DNA of 64,000 bases from an uncultured delta proteobacterium (GTDB taxonomy: Bacteria; Desulfobacterota; RBG-13-43-22), in assembly GCA_963790475.1 (NCBI GenBank), contig CAWBOS010000015.1:480001-544000 (forward strand), read 5' to 3'. The translations under genes and the position numbers were made by a program. Numbering within the stretch: position 1 is the stretch's first letter; each line of letters begins with the position of its first letter. The notes beneath the pieces are model-generated. The model saw only the letters and a list, made by a program, of their open reading frames with translations, ran no database searches and was not told the DNA's origin. This document shows, piece by piece, positions 52,092 through 62,662 of the stretch.

Positions 52092-53504
52092 TCACCATCC
52101 TATCGTCAAATATTCATGCATGGAGTTGGCGGCGATACGTCCGGCTCCCATGGCCAGGATGACTGTAGCCGAACCGGTGACGATGTCCCCGCCGGCCCAG
52201 ACCCCCTTCTTAAATGTTTTTCCGGTCTTAGGATCAGCCATGATGTAGCCCCTCCGGTTGGTCTGCAAGCCAGGGGTGGTTGCTGTGATCAGAGGATTGG
52301 CCCCGGCACCGATGGAAATGACTACCAGATCGGTCTCCATAGTGAATTCCGAACCCTCTATCGGAATGGGTCTCCTTCGACCGGAGGAATCGGGTTCACC
52401 CAGTTCCATTTTAATACACTCCATGGCTGTCACGCGGCCCTGGTCATCTCCGATAAAGCGGGTGGGGTTGGTCAGCAGGTGCATCTCCACCCCTTCCTGT
52501 TCGGCATGGTGTATTTCTTCCCCCCGGGCCGGCATTTCATCCCGGGAACGGCGGTAAACGATCTTTACGCTGTCCGCACCCAAACGTAAGGCAGTCCGGG
52601 CCGAGTCCATGGCCACATTACCAGCCCCCAGGACCACCACATTTTTCCCCAAAACAATAGGGGTGTCGTACTCGGGAAATTTATAGGCCTTCATCAAATT
52701 GGAACGGGTCAGGTATTCATTGGCTGAATAGATGCCTATCAGGTTCTCTCCGGGGATATTCATAAATATCGGAAGTCCGGCTCCGACTCCGATATAAACG
52801 GCATCGAACCCCTCATCAAAAAGTTCGTCAATGGTAGAGGTTCGGCCGATAACGGCATTACAGACGATCTTGGCCCCCAGCTTTTCCAGGATATCCACCT
52901 CGGCCTGAACAATGGCCTTGGGCAGTCGAAACTCCGGGATCCCATAAATTAATACCCCTCCGGTCTTGTGGAAGGCTTCGAAGATGGTGACCTCGTGACC
53001 TTTAAGGATCAGGTCCCCGGCCACCGTAAGACCGGATGGGCCGGAACCCACTACGGCCACTTTTTTGCCGGTTGGGGCGGCTTTTTGAGGGAGTTTAAAT
53101 TCCCCCTGAGTCCGTTGCCGGTCGGCGGCAAAACGTTCCAAACGACCAACCGCTACCGGTTCTTCTTTCTTACCTAAGATACACAGAGCTTCACATTGGG
53201 CCTCCTGGGGACAGACCCGGCCGCATACGGCAGGCAGACTGGTCTTTTCCCAAAGCTTCATAATCGCCCCGGAAAAATCCCCTTCTTTGATGTGTCTGAT
53301 GAATCCCGGGATGTCAATTTGTACAGGACATCCTTCCACACAGGATGGTTTTTTACATTGAAGACAACGGCTCGCTTCCAACTGCGCGGTGTCTGGAGAA
53401 TACCCCAGGGGAACTTCATCAAAATTCCTGGCCCGGACCTTTGGGTCCTGCTCAGGCATCGTCTGCCTGGTTATTTTTTCTTTTTTTTTGATTTCCTCGG
53501 CCAC
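52092..53504 (-). CDS. nfnB: NfnB-like / GltD-like NADPH-dependent oxidoreductase large subunit
   Basis: RCLQC...C..GCP, CGRVCPQE.QCE, GSGPSG, GAGNVAMD motifs; paired with nfnA. Confidence 0.85.
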   Translation of the reverse strand: MAEEIKKKEKITRQTMPEQDPKVRARNFDEVPLGYSPDTAQLEASRCLQCKKPSCVEGCPVQIDIPGFIRHIKEGDFSGAIMKLWEKTSLPAVCGRVCPQEAQCEALCILGKKEEPVAVGRLERFAADRQRTQGEFKLPQKAAPTGKKVAVVGSGPSGLTVAGDLILKGHEVTIFEAFHKTGGVLIYGIPEFRLPKAIVQAEVDILEKLGAKIVCNAVIGRTSTIDELFDEGFDAVYIGVGAGLPIFMNIPGENLIGIYSANEYLTRSNLMKAYKFPEYDTPIVLGKNVVVLGAGNVAMDSARTALRLGADSVKIVYRRSRDEMPARGEEIHHAEQEGVEMHLLTNPTRFIGDDQGRVTAMECIKMELGEPDSSGRRRPIPIEGSEFTMETDLVVISIGAGANPLITATTPGLQTNRRGYIMADPKTGKTFKKGVWAGGDIVTGSATVILAMGAGRIAANSMHEYLTIGW

Positions 53505-53589
53505 GTTTATTCCTCCACTATATAGTTCGGCGTTCGGAGTTTTTTAGTTCGGAGTAAAAATTATGAATCAGAAGCCTCACTCTGAACTC

Positions 53590-54450
53590 TTAACTCCGAA
53601 CGTATCTCTTACATTGACACCCTGACCCCTGAAACCGGTCCAGGGACTGTTTTTCCTGTTCCAGGTAGGCCCGCTGCCTCTGGATCAGTTCATCAAAATT
53701 AACCTGATGGCCGTCAAATTCAGGGCCTTCCACGCAGGCAAACCGAGTCGTCCCATCGACTGTCACCCGGCAGCAGCCACACATTCCGGTGCCGTCCACC
53801 ATAATGGGATTCAAGCTGACCATAGTTTTGACTCCATATCCTTCAGTCAGCTTGCAGGTGAATTTCATCATCGGGACCGGACCTATGGCCACAATCAGGA
53901 CAATGGGTTCTTTTTTGTCTAAGTATTCCTTTAGGACCTCAGTGACAAATCCATGATGCCCGTAGGATCCATCGTCTGTACAGACCCGAAGCTCATTGGA
54001 AGCCTGGGCCATCTTGTCTTCCAGTATAAGCAGATCCCTGGTCCGGGCACCGATAATGGCCACAACATGATTGCCGGCCTCCTTCATGCCTTTGGTGATA
54101 GGATGTAAGACCGCCACTCCAGTGCCCCCGCCGACGCAAATAACGGTCCCCCCTAACTTCTCGATATGGGTCGGCAGGCCTAAGGGTCCGCAGATGTCCT
54201 GGAGAACATCTCCCACATTGAGGGACTTCATCAAGGCAGTTGATTTTCCTACCACTTGGTAAATAAGGGTAATCGTTCCCGCCTGGGGATCCGTATCGGC
54301 CATGGTCAGCGGGATCCGTTCGCCAGTTTCATTAACCCGGAGTATGACAAACTGACCGGGCTTGGCCTTCCGGGCTATCAGGGGGGCTTTGATTACGTTA
54401 CTAATTACGGTACCTTGGGCCAATTCTGCTTTCTCTATTATCTCAAACAC
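53590..54450 (-). CDS. nfnA: NfnA-like (SudB/PyrK-type) flavoprotein small subunit
   Basis: PGQF, ERIPLT, GGGTG and MVDGTGMCGCCR...CVEGPEF motifs. Confidence 0.87.
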   Translation of the reverse strand: MFEIIEKAELAQGTVISNVIKAPLIARKAKPGQFVILRVNETGERIPLTMADTDPQAGTITLIYQVVGKSTALMKSLNVGDVLQDICGPLGLPTHIEKLGGTVICVGGGTGVAVLHPITKGMKEAGNHVVAIIGARTRDLLILEDKMAQASNELRVCTDDGSYGHHGFVTEVLKEYLDKKEPIVLIVAIGPVPMMKFTCKLTEGYGVKTMVSLNPIMVDGTGMCGCCRVTVDGTTRFACVEGPEFDGHQVNFDELIQRQRAYLEQEKQSLDRFQGSGCQCKRYVRS

Positions 54451-54852
54451 GCCAAGTCTCCTTCTTGCTGATTAAACGATCAAATCCCTTAGGAAAACTA
54501 AAGGGAAAAAATAGATTCAATGGTCCGATATCAAAAAGAGCTTTTTAGTTTTAAAAGCCTCTTTTCTTTCGTCTATCGCTTCATTTTTTTAATAACTTGT
54601 GATTGTTAGCATAGTTGTCTCGTTCTGTCAAAAAAAATAAAAAAGGATTATGACGGAAGAATCCCCTTGAAGCATCATCCAGGGCAGACGTGAGTCAATT
54701 CTGGAACGGTCGAAGAGGCCTGAAACTTTTTAATAAAACCGGACTTCGTCAAGATTTCACGCCTCTCTTAGCATGGAGATGGGATATCTATGATTTCTTT
54801 TTTCCACTTATTGTTAATCCATAAAAAAGAACTATTAGTCATGTTTAAAAGC

Positions 54853-54910
54853 TTGACGGTAATTAATCGTTGTGATAAATAACACAAGTTTAATTGTAAG
54901 TTACAATTAA
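54853..54910 (+). promoter_or_regulatory. fhs promoter with Rex-like box and a second palindrome
   Basis: TTGACG at 54853; TTGTGATAAATAACACAA at 54870-54887; TTAATTGTAA-G-TTACAATTAA at 54890-54910. Confidence 0.6.
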
Positions 54911-54969
54911 GCCTATATAATATAGACGAGACCCAACGGGTTCAAAATACCTTAAAGGAGGATGTTTGT

Positions 54970-56733
54970 ATGGCGTATAATGCAGTAAAAATGAAAGACT
55001 GGCAGATTTCTGAAGCTTCGGAAAAAAACATGCCCAGCCCCGATCAATGGCGGGACAAATTAGGGCTCCAGAAAGACGAGGTGATCCCTTTTGGCCGGCT
55101 GGCCCGGCTCGACTTCATGAAAATCACGGAACGGCTCAAGGACAAACCGGACGGAAAATATATTGAAGTTACGGCCATCACCCCTACTCCCTTAGGGGAA
55201 GGGAAAAGTACTACCTCCTGCGGTCTTATGGAAGGCTTGGGAAAACGGGGGGTCAGCGTGGGGGGTGCCCTGCGTCAGCCTTCCGGCGGACCGACCATGA
55301 ACATCAAAGGGACGGCTGCCGGGGGCGGAAATGCCCTGTTAATCCCCATGACCGAATTCTCTATGGGTCTCACTGGTGATATTAACAACATCATGAACGC
55401 CCACAACTTGGCCATGGTGGCCATGACGGCCCGGATGCAGCATGAACGGAATTACAATGATGAACAGTTGAAAAGGTTGACCAAGATGCGACGGCTGGAT
55501 ATCGATCCCACCCGGGTGGAGATGGGCTGGATTATGGATTTCTGCGCCCAGGCCATGCGCAATATCATTATCGGTATCGGCGGTCGTATGGACGGATATA
55601 TGATGCAATCCAAATTCGGGATCGCCGTCTCCTCCGAGGTCATGGCCATTTTATCCATCGTTAATGACCTGGCCGATATGCGCAAACGATTGGATGAAAT
55701 CACCGTGGCCTTTGACAAAAAAGGGAATCCCGTAACCACCGGAGACCTGGAAGTAGGTGGGGCTATGACCGCTTTTATGGTTCAATCCATCAACCCCACG
55801 CTGTTGTGTACGGCCGAGTACCAGCCCTGCATGGTCCACGCCGGTCCCTTCGCCAATATCGCCGTGGGCCAGTCCTCCATCATTGCCGACCGGGTCGGCT
55901 TGAAATTATTTGATTATCATGTGACCGAAAGCGGTTTTGCGGCTGATATCGGTTTTGAAAAATTCTGGAATGTAAAATCACGTTACAGCGGACTGAAGCC
56001 CCACGTTTCGGTTTTGACCACCACCATCCGGGCCTTGAAGATGCACGGCGGCGGACCAAAAGTCGTTGCCGGATTGGCCTTGCCCGAGGAGTACACCAAG
56101 GAAAACGTAGGCCTGGTGGAAAAAGGCGTAGCCAACATGGTCCATTGTATCGAAATCATCCGAAAATCCGGCATGAACCCGGTGGTCTGCATCAATGCCT
56201 TCCATACCGATACCAAGGATGAAATCGCCGCGGTGCGTAAGGCTGCTGAAAAGGCTGGAGCCCGCTGCGCCCTATCGACCCATTGGGCCGACGGCGGTGA
56301 AGGGGCCCTGGAACTGGCTGATGCGGTTATTGACGCCTGTAAAGAAAAATCTAAGTTCAAGTTTTTATATCCCCTGGAAATGAAGCTCCGGGACCGGGTG
56401 GCCAAAATTGCCAAGGAAGTCTATGGGGCCGATGGGGTTTCCTGGACAGCGGAGGCCGAGGCCAAGGCCAAGATGCTCGAGGGAGACCCTAAATATGATG
56501 ATTATGCCACTATGATGGTCAAGACCCATTTGAGCCTTACCCATGATCCGACCTTGAAGGGAGTGCCTAAGAGTTGGAAGCTTCCGGTTCGGGATGTCTT
56601 GATCTATTCCGGGGCTAAATTCCTCTGCCCGGTGGCCGGGGCCATCACCCTCATGCCTGGAACATCCTCCGATCCGGCCTTCCGCCGCATCGACGTGGAT
56701 GTCAAAACCGGCAAGACCAAAGGATTATTCTAA
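54970..56733 (+). CDS. fhs: Formate--tetrahydrofolate ligase
   Basis: [25 protein letters not shown] and FEKF motifs. Confidence 0.95.
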   Translation: MAYNAVKMKDWQISEASEKNMPSPDQWRDKLGLQKDEVIPFGRLARLDFMKITERLKDKPDGKYIEVTAITPTPLGEGKSTTSCGLMEGLGKRGVSVGGALRQPSGGPTMNIKGTAAGGGNALLIPMTEFSMGLTGDINNIMNAHNLAMVAMTARMQHERNYNDEQLKRLTKMRRLDIDPTRVEMGWIMDFCAQAMRNIIIGIGGRMDGYMMQSKFGIAVSSEVMAILSIVNDLADMRKRLDEITVAFDKKGNPVTTGDLEVGGAMTAFMVQSINPTLLCTAEYQPCMVHAGPFANIAVGQSSIIADRVGLKLFDYHVTESGFAADIGFEKFWNVKSRYSGLKPHVSVLTTTIRALKMHGGGPKVVAGLALPEEYTKENVGLVEKGVANMVHCIEIIRKSGMNPVVCINAFHTDTKDEIAAVRKAAEKAGARCALSTHWADGGEGALELADAVIDACKEKSKFKFLYPLEMKLRDRVAKIAKEVYGADGVSWTAEAEAKAKMLEGDPKYDDYATMMVKTHLSLTHDPTLKGVPKSWKLPVRDVLIYSGAKFLCPVAGAITLMPGTSSDPAFRRIDVDVKTGKTKGLF

Positions 56734-56795
56734 CCAACGAATTAAAAGTCCAGATATGTTATTCCTGGGTTTTTGTTTATTTTGTTTTCCCTCTC

Positions 56796-56830
56796 GCCTT
56801 CCCGCGAAATGCTAAGGGAAGGCGTTTTTT
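56796..56830 (+). terminator. Terminator-like hairpin between fhs and hdrL
   Basis: CGCCTTCCC...GGGAAGGCG followed by T-run. Confidence 0.65.
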
Positions 56831-56863
56831 ATATAATCTATTTGAGGAGAAGGATATAAATCA

Positions 56864-59800
56864 ATGGCAGGAACAGAACAAGAAAAAGTCGGAGCGGTCA
56901 TGGTCGTCGGGGGAGGGATCGCCGGTATTCAAGCCTCCTTGGACCTGGCCGAATCCGGATATTATGTTTATTTAGTGGAAAAGAAATCGGCTATCGGCGG
57001 GGTCATGGCCCAATTGGACAAGACCTTTCCGACCAACGACTGTTCCATGTGCATCATCTCCCCCAAGTTGGTGGAATGTGGCCGGCACTTGAACATCGAA
57101 CTTTTGACTCTGAGCGAGATCGAGGAGGTTTCCGGAGGACCGGGGCGGTTTCAAATCAAGGTCCGACAAAATCCCCGCTTTGTGGACCCCGCGAAATGCA
57201 CGTCCTGCGGTGAATGTACCAAGGTCTGCCCGATTGATGTGCCTAACCAATTTGACGAAGAGTTACGTGCCCGTAAGGCGGCCTACAAACTCTATCCCCA
57301 GGCCATGCCCGGAGCCTTTGCCATTGAAAAAAGGGGTACCGCCCCCTGTAAAGCCACCTGTCCGGCCCATATCAGCATTCAGGGATTTATCGCCCTCATC
57401 GCCCAAGGAAAGGACAAGGAAGCCTTAAAACTGATAAAACAGGAAATGCCCTTCCCGGCCATTTGTGGACGGGTCTGTCATCACCCTTGTGAGGCCCAAT
57501 GTACCCGCGGTCAGGTGGACGAGCCCTTGGCCATCGAATATTTGAAACGGTTTGTGGCTGACAAAGATCTTAAGGACAGCGAACGCTATGTCCCTTTGGT
57601 TGCCCCCCCGAGGCCGGAAAAGGTCGCCATAGTGGGCGGAGGGCCCTCGGGGTTAACAGCTGCCTATTATCTGGCCCAGAAGGGGTATCCGGTTACCATC
57701 TTTGAAAAGCTGCCTGTCCTGGGTGGCATGATGGCCGTAGGGATCCCAGCCTACCGTCTGCCCCGTGAAACCTTGCAGGCTGAAGTCCAGGTCATCAAAG
57801 ATCTGGGCGTGGAGATGAAAACCGGCCTGGCCTTCGGTCAGGATTTCAACCTGGATGACTTGAAAAACCAGGGCTTTCAATCCATCTATCTGGCCCTTGG
57901 TCTCCATAAGAGCCGCCGGCTCGGGGTCCCCGGAGAGGATTTGCCCAATGTCTTGCAAGGGGTGAACTTTCTCCGCTCGGCCGCCCTGGGGGAGGATATC
58001 CGGGTCGGGAAAAGAACTCTGGTCATCGGTGGAGGCAACGTGGCCATCGACGTGGCCCTTACCGCCCTCAGGCAAGGGGCTGAGGAAGTACGGCTGGTCT
58101 GCCTGGAACAACGCGATGAAATGCCGGCCTGGGAGTATGAAATTGAAGAGGCCTTATCTGAGGGAGTCATCATCGAAAACGGCTGGGGGCCCTTGCAGTT
58201 TTCCGAAAAGGGAGGGAATTTATCCACGATTTCCTTTAAGAAATGTGTATCCGTCTTTGACGATCAGAAACGGTTCAACCCCAGTTATGATGAGAAGATA
58301 ACCACTTCCTGGGAGGCGGATACGGCCATTGTAGCCATCGGCCAGCAGTCAGACCTCGAGGGCCTATCCTCACAAGGATTGAAAATCACTCCCAGGGGGT
58401 CTTTTGAGGCCGATACCCTGACCTTGGAGACCAACCTCCCTGGTGTCTTTACCGGCGGTGATTTTTTCTATGGGCCGAAATCGGTGGTCGAGGCCGTGGC
58501 CTGCGGCAAAGAGGCGGCCGAAAGTATCCACCGCTACCTCAACAACCTGGACCTTAAGGCCGATCGGCAAAAAGACTGGTCCTTTACCAAGCCGGAAACG
58601 GAGGGGGAGAACCTTAAGCCCCGGCAGTCCATGCCAACCCGGGATCTATCCGAGCGCCGCGGGACCTATCAAGAGATGGCCCTGGGGTTCACCGAGGAGC
58701 GAGCCAGGAGAGAGGCCGAACGCTGCCTAAAGTGCGGGATCTGTTCCGAATGTTATCAGTGCGTCGAGGCCTGTCTCGCCAAGGCCATCGATCATGAGAT
58801 GAAGCCCTTTGAAAGGACTATCGAAGTCGGTTCAGTGGTCATGGCCCCGGGCTTTCAGCCTTTTGATCCTTCCCTCTATGAAGCCTATGGCTATATCAAT
58901 TATCCCAACGTGGTCACCAGCATGGAATTTGAGCGCATTCTGTCGGCCTCGGGTCCTTTTGAAGGGCACTTGGTCCGTCCTTCGGATCATCAGGAGCCGA
59001 AAAAAATCGCCTGGCTTCAGTGTGTGGGATCTCGGGACATCAACCACTGCGATCATGGTTACTGTTCGGCCGTTTGCTGCATGTACGCTATAAAAGAAGC
59101 GGTCATTGCCAAGGAACACAGCCCTGCCCCCCTGGATACGGCCATATTCTTTATGGATATGCGGACCCATGGGAAAGAGTTTGAAAAATATTATAATCGG
59201 GCCAAGGACGAACGGGGGGTCCGCTTTGTCCGTTCCCGGATCCATTCAATCGACCCGATTCCGGAAACCAACAACCTCGTGATTCAGTACGTCTCTGAAT
59301 CCGGAGAAGTCTTGACTGAAGAATTTGATATGGTGGTCCTTTCCGTGGGTCTGGAGACTTCACCGGAGGCCATTGCCCTGGCCGAGAAGCTCGGGGTCCC
59401 CCTGGACCATAACCGCTTCGCCAAGGTCAGCAGCTTTTCACCGGTGACCACGGAAACGCCGGGAATTTATGCCTGCGGGGCCTTTGACGGGCCTAAGGAT
59501 ATTCCCCAGGCGGTCATGGAAGCCTCGGCAGCGGCCTGTGCGGCCACCGAATCCCTGGCCGATGCCCGGGGACAGCTCATCCGCCATCAGGAACTCCCGC
59601 CGGAAATCGATGTACTCGGACAGGACGCCCGGGTGGGCGTGTTTGTCTGTAATTGCGGTATCAATATCGGGGGGGTAGCCGATGTCCCGGCTGTCCGGGA
59701 ATATGCCAGATCTTTGCCCAATGTAGTTCACGTGGAGGATAACCTCTTTACCTGTTCCCAGGACACCCAGGAAAAGATGAAGGCGGCCATCAAAGAAAAA

Positions 59801-61285
59801 GGGATTAACCGGGTAGTCGTCGCCTCCTGTTCGCCCCGGACTCATGAACCACTTTTTCAGCAGACCATCCGCGAGGCCGGCTTAAATCAATATCTTTTTG
59901 ACATGGCCAATATCCGGGATCAGGACACTTGGGTCCATCAAGGGGACCATGAAGCGGCCACGGCCAAGGCCAAGGATTTGGTGCGTATGGCCGTAGCCCG
60001 GGTCTCTTTACTCGAACCTTTACATAAGATCTCTTTTGGTTTGACCAAGTCTGTCATGGTCATCGGTGGCGGAGTAGCCGGCATGACGGCCGCCCTGAAC
60101 CTGGCCCAGCAGGGATTCCCCGTCCATCTGGTGGAAAAAAGCGATGTCCTGGGAGGAAATGCCCTTAAACTTCGGCATACCTGGCGGGGGGAGGATATCC
60201 CGGCTTATGTCAAGACCCTGGCTTCTTCGGTCTCCGGTCATTCCCTGATCCAGGTCTACTATAATACTGAAGTAGCCCGTTCTTCGGGCTTTATCGGTAA
60301 TTATACCACCACCCTGAACCAGGGCGGACAGGACCTGGAAATCGCCCATGGGGCGGTTGTCTTAGCTACCGGCGGCCACGAATGGACTCCGGACGTCTAC
60401 GCCTACGGACAGGACCCCCGGATCATGACCGCCCTGGAATTGGACCAGGCCATCATTGGGAAGGAGGAAAGGGTTTCCAAGGCCCAGACCGCCGTTTTTA
60501 TCCAGTGTGTGGGCTCAAGGGAACCTCAGCGTCCTTATTGCAGCCGGCTCTGTTGCACCCACAGCGTAGAAAGCGCCCTGACCTTAAAGAAGCTCAACCC
60601 CGAGATGGACGTCTTTATCCTCTATCGGGATATGAGGACCTTTGGGGTCCGGGAGGACCTTTACCGGGAAGCCAGGAATCAAGGGGTCATTTTTATCCGT
60701 TTTGACCTGGAAAGCAAACCCCAGGTCCAGGTAGAGAATGGCCAGGTGACCGTAAATGTTATCGATCACGTGCTGGGCCGGCCCATCGCCCTGGCCGCCG
60801 ACCTGGTGACCCTGGCCGCGGCGATTATTCCCAACCCGGTGAAAGACTTGACCGAAGTCTTCAAGGTTTCTTTGAATAATGAAGGTTTCCTTCTGGAAGC
60901 CCACATGAAACTGCGGCCGGTTGATTTCGCCACCGACGGGATATATCTCTGTGGTCTGGCCCATTACCCTAAACCTATTGATGAAAGCATCGCCCAGGCC
61001 CAGGCTGCGGCCGGCCGGGCCTTGACCCTTATGGCCAAGGATTCTATCAAGGTTGGCGGCGTGGTGGCCGTGGTGCAAGAGGAACTCTGCGCCGTTTGCC
61101 TGACCTGTGTCCGGGTCTGCCCTTTCCGGGTCCCGGTTATCGGAGAACGGGGGGCGGCGGAAATCGATGTCACCAAGTGTCAGGGCTGCGGAGTTTGTGT
61201 TTCCGAGTGTCCGGCTAAGGCCATCAGCCTGCAACACTTTACCGATAAGCAGGTCCTGGCTAAAGTCCACGCCTTGGCGGCATAA
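56864..61285 (+). CDS. hdrA: Large HdrA-like (HdrL-type) flavoprotein with inserted GltD-like NAD(P)H domain
   Basis: GGGIAG...LDKTFPTNDC; two QCVGSR...CS..CC motifs; internal CGRVC/GGGPSG/GGGNVA module; ferredoxin motifs. Confidence 0.9.
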   Translation: MAGTEQEKVGAVMVVGGGIAGIQASLDLAESGYYVYLVEKKSAIGGVMAQLDKTFPTNDCSMCIISPKLVECGRHLNIELLTLSEIEEVSGGPGRFQIKVRQNPRFVDPAKCTSCGECTKVCPIDVPNQFDEELRARKAAYKLYPQAMPGAFAIEKRGTAPCKATCPAHISIQGFIALIAQGKDKEALKLIKQEMPFPAICGRVCHHPCEAQCTRGQVDEPLAIEYLKRFVADKDLKDSERYVPLVAPPRPEKVAIVGGGPSGLTAAYYLAQKGYPVTIFEKLPVLGGMMAVGIPAYRLPRETLQAEVQVIKDLGVEMKTGLAFGQDFNLDDLKNQGFQSIYLALGLHKSRRLGVPGEDLPNVLQGVNFLRSAALGEDIRVGKRTLVIGGGNVAIDVALTALRQGAEEVRLVCLEQRDEMPAWEYEIEEALSEGVIIENGWGPLQFSEKGGNLSTISFKKCVSVFDDQKRFNPSYDEKITTSWEADTAIVAIGQQSDLEGLSSQGLKITPRGSFEADTLTLETNLPGVFTGGDFFYGPKSVVEAVACGKEAAESIHRYLNNLDLKADRQKDWSFTKPETEGENLKPRQSMPTRDLSERRGTYQEMALGFTEERARREAERCLKCGICSECYQCVEACLAKAIDHEMKPFERTIEVGSVVMAPGFQPFDPSLYEAYGYINYPNVVTSMEFERILSASGPFEGHLVRPSDHQEPKKIAWLQCVGSRDINHCDHGYCSAVCCMYAIKEAVIAKEHSPAPLDTAIFFMDMRTHGKEFEKYYNRAKDERGVRFVRSRIHSIDPIPETNNLVIQYVSESGEVLTEEFDMVVLSVGLETSPEAIALAEKLGVPLDHNRFAKVSSFSPVTTETPGIYACGAFDGPKDIPQAVMEASAAACAATESLADARGQLIRHQELPPEIDVLGQDARVGVFVCNCGINIGGVADVPAVREYARSLPNVVHVEDNLFTCSQDTQEKMKAAIKEKGINRVVVASCSPRTHEPLFQQTIREAGLNQYLFDMANIRDQDTWVHQGDHEAATAKAKDLVRMAVARVSLLEPLHKISFGLTKSVMVIGGGVAGMTAALNLAQQGFPVHLVEKSDVLGGNALKLRHTWRGEDIPAYVKTLASSVSGHSLIQVYYNTEVARSSGFIGNYTTTLNQGGQDLEIAHGAVVLATGGHEWTPDVYAYGQDPRIMTALELDQAIIGKEERVSKAQTAVFIQCVGSREPQRPYCSRLCCTHSVESALTLKKLNPEMDVFILYRDMRTFGVREDLYREARNQGVIFIRFDLESKPQVQVENGQVTVNVIDHVLGRPIALAADLVTLAAAIIPNPVKDLTEVFKVSLNNEGFLLEAHMKLRPVDFATDGIYLCGLAHYPKPIDESIAQAQAAAGRALTLMAKDSIKVGGVVAVVQEELCAVCLTCVRVCPFRVPVIGERGAAEIDVTKCQGCGVCVSECPAKAISLQHFTDKQVLAKVHALAA

Positions 61286-61401
61286 AAAAAACAGGTCAAG
61301 GCCTGAGGTCCGAGGTATAAGGAAAGCCTTTTTTACCCTGAACCTTATACCGCACACCTTGAACCTTGTACCATTAATTCTTATATTAAAAGGAGTTTTC
61401 A

Positions 61402-61830
61402 ATGACCCAACCATTTGAACCCAGAATTGTGGCCTTCTGCTGCCAGTATTGAGCTTACAGCGCGGCGGACCTGGCAGGTTCGATGAGGCTGCAATATCCA
61501 ACCAATATTCGGGTGATCATGGTCCCCTGCACCGGACGGGTTGACGTGATCCACCTCCTCAATGCCATTGAGGAAGGGGCGGACGGCGTCTATGTGGCCG
61601 GTTGTCTGGAAGGGGACTGCCACTATATCAGTGGAAATCTCAAGGCACGAAAAAGGGTCGGACAGGTTAAAAAGATATTGACTGAATTGGGTCTGGAACC
61701 GGAACGGGTAGAGATGTATAACCTGTCAGCCGCCCAGGGCCCCCGTTTTGCGGAGATCGCCCGGGAAATGACCGAGAAGATCAGGGCCCTGGGGCCCAGT
61801 CCGATTAGGACCATGGGAAAGGCGGCCTAA
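61402..61830 (+). CDS. mvhD: MvhD/FlpD iron-sulfur subunit, selenocysteine-containing
   Basis: AAGGAG RBS; MTQPFEPRIVAFCCQY-TGA(61450-61452)-AYSAADLAG in frame with the ORF starting at 61483; PCTGRV and GC..GDCHY motifs. Confidence 0.9.
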
Positions 61831-61993
61831 GAAGCTTTTAGGTTTGGAGTAATTAGTTCGGAGTGTGGCGTTGGGAGTTTATAGTCGGCGTTTTAATAAT
61901 ACTGTCTCAAAATACTTACTCCGAACTCTAAACTCCGAACTTTATTTTTGTTTTTAAAATACAAAGCTAATAATCAATTTTGGGAGGACTACC

Positions 61994-62662
61994 ATGGTTG
62001 TAGCGGAAAGAAAACCCTTAAGCGAAATTCTGGCCATGCTCCAGCCTTACAAAAAGATCCTGGTCGCCGGGTGTAAGGGGTGCGTTACCGTTTGCACTAC
62101 CGGCGGGAAAAAGGAGGTCGAAATACTGGCCTCGGAAATTCGAATCTCCCGGAAAAAGGACGGACAGGAAGCCGATGTTCAGGAAATTACCCTGGAACGC
62201 CAATGTGACCCTGAATATATCGATGAATTGGAAACTATGATCAAGGATCGTGACGCCGTTATTTCCATAGCCTGCACGGTAGGGCCCCAGTATATTGCCG
62301 CCCGGTATATGGATAAGATGGTCTTTCCCGGTCTCAATACAACCTTCATTGGGGGTTCCCGGGAACATGGGGTCTTTGCCGAATTTTGCCAGGCCTGCGG
62401 CTCCTGTATCATCCATAATTTTGGGACCCTCTGCCCCATAACCCGATGCTCCAAAAGTCTGTTAAACGGCCCTTGCGGTGGATCAGCCAACGGAAAGTGC
62501 GAGATCAGCAAAGAGGTGGATTGCGTCTGGCAACTCATCTATGACCGTCTCAAAGGCTTAGGACAACTGGATCAGATGACCCAGGTTGTCCCCTGCAAGG
62601 ATTGGACGACCAGCCGGGACGGCGGCCCCAGGAAAATGATCAGGGAGGATTTAAGGCTATGA
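61994..62662 (+). CDS. metV: Methylene-THF reductase MetV-like subunit
   Basis: GC..C...C..GG, RQC, C..CG.C, CPITRCSKSLLNGPCGG and CVW motifs. Confidence 0.88.
   Translation: MVVAERKPLSEILAMLQPYKKILVAGCKGCVTVCTTGGKKEVEILASEIRISRKKDGQEADVQEITLERQCDPEYIDELETMIKDRDAVISIACTVGPQYIAARYMDKMVFPGLNTTFIGGSREHGVFAEFCQACGSCIIHNFGTLCPITRCSKSLLNGPCGGSANGKCEISKEVDCVWQLIYDRLKGLGQLDQMTQVVPCKDWTTSRDGGPRKMIREDLRL

Noticed and set aside
51144-53601. CRISPR array
   Set aside because: Repeats are short degenerate heptamers without unique spacers; no cas genes in the window.
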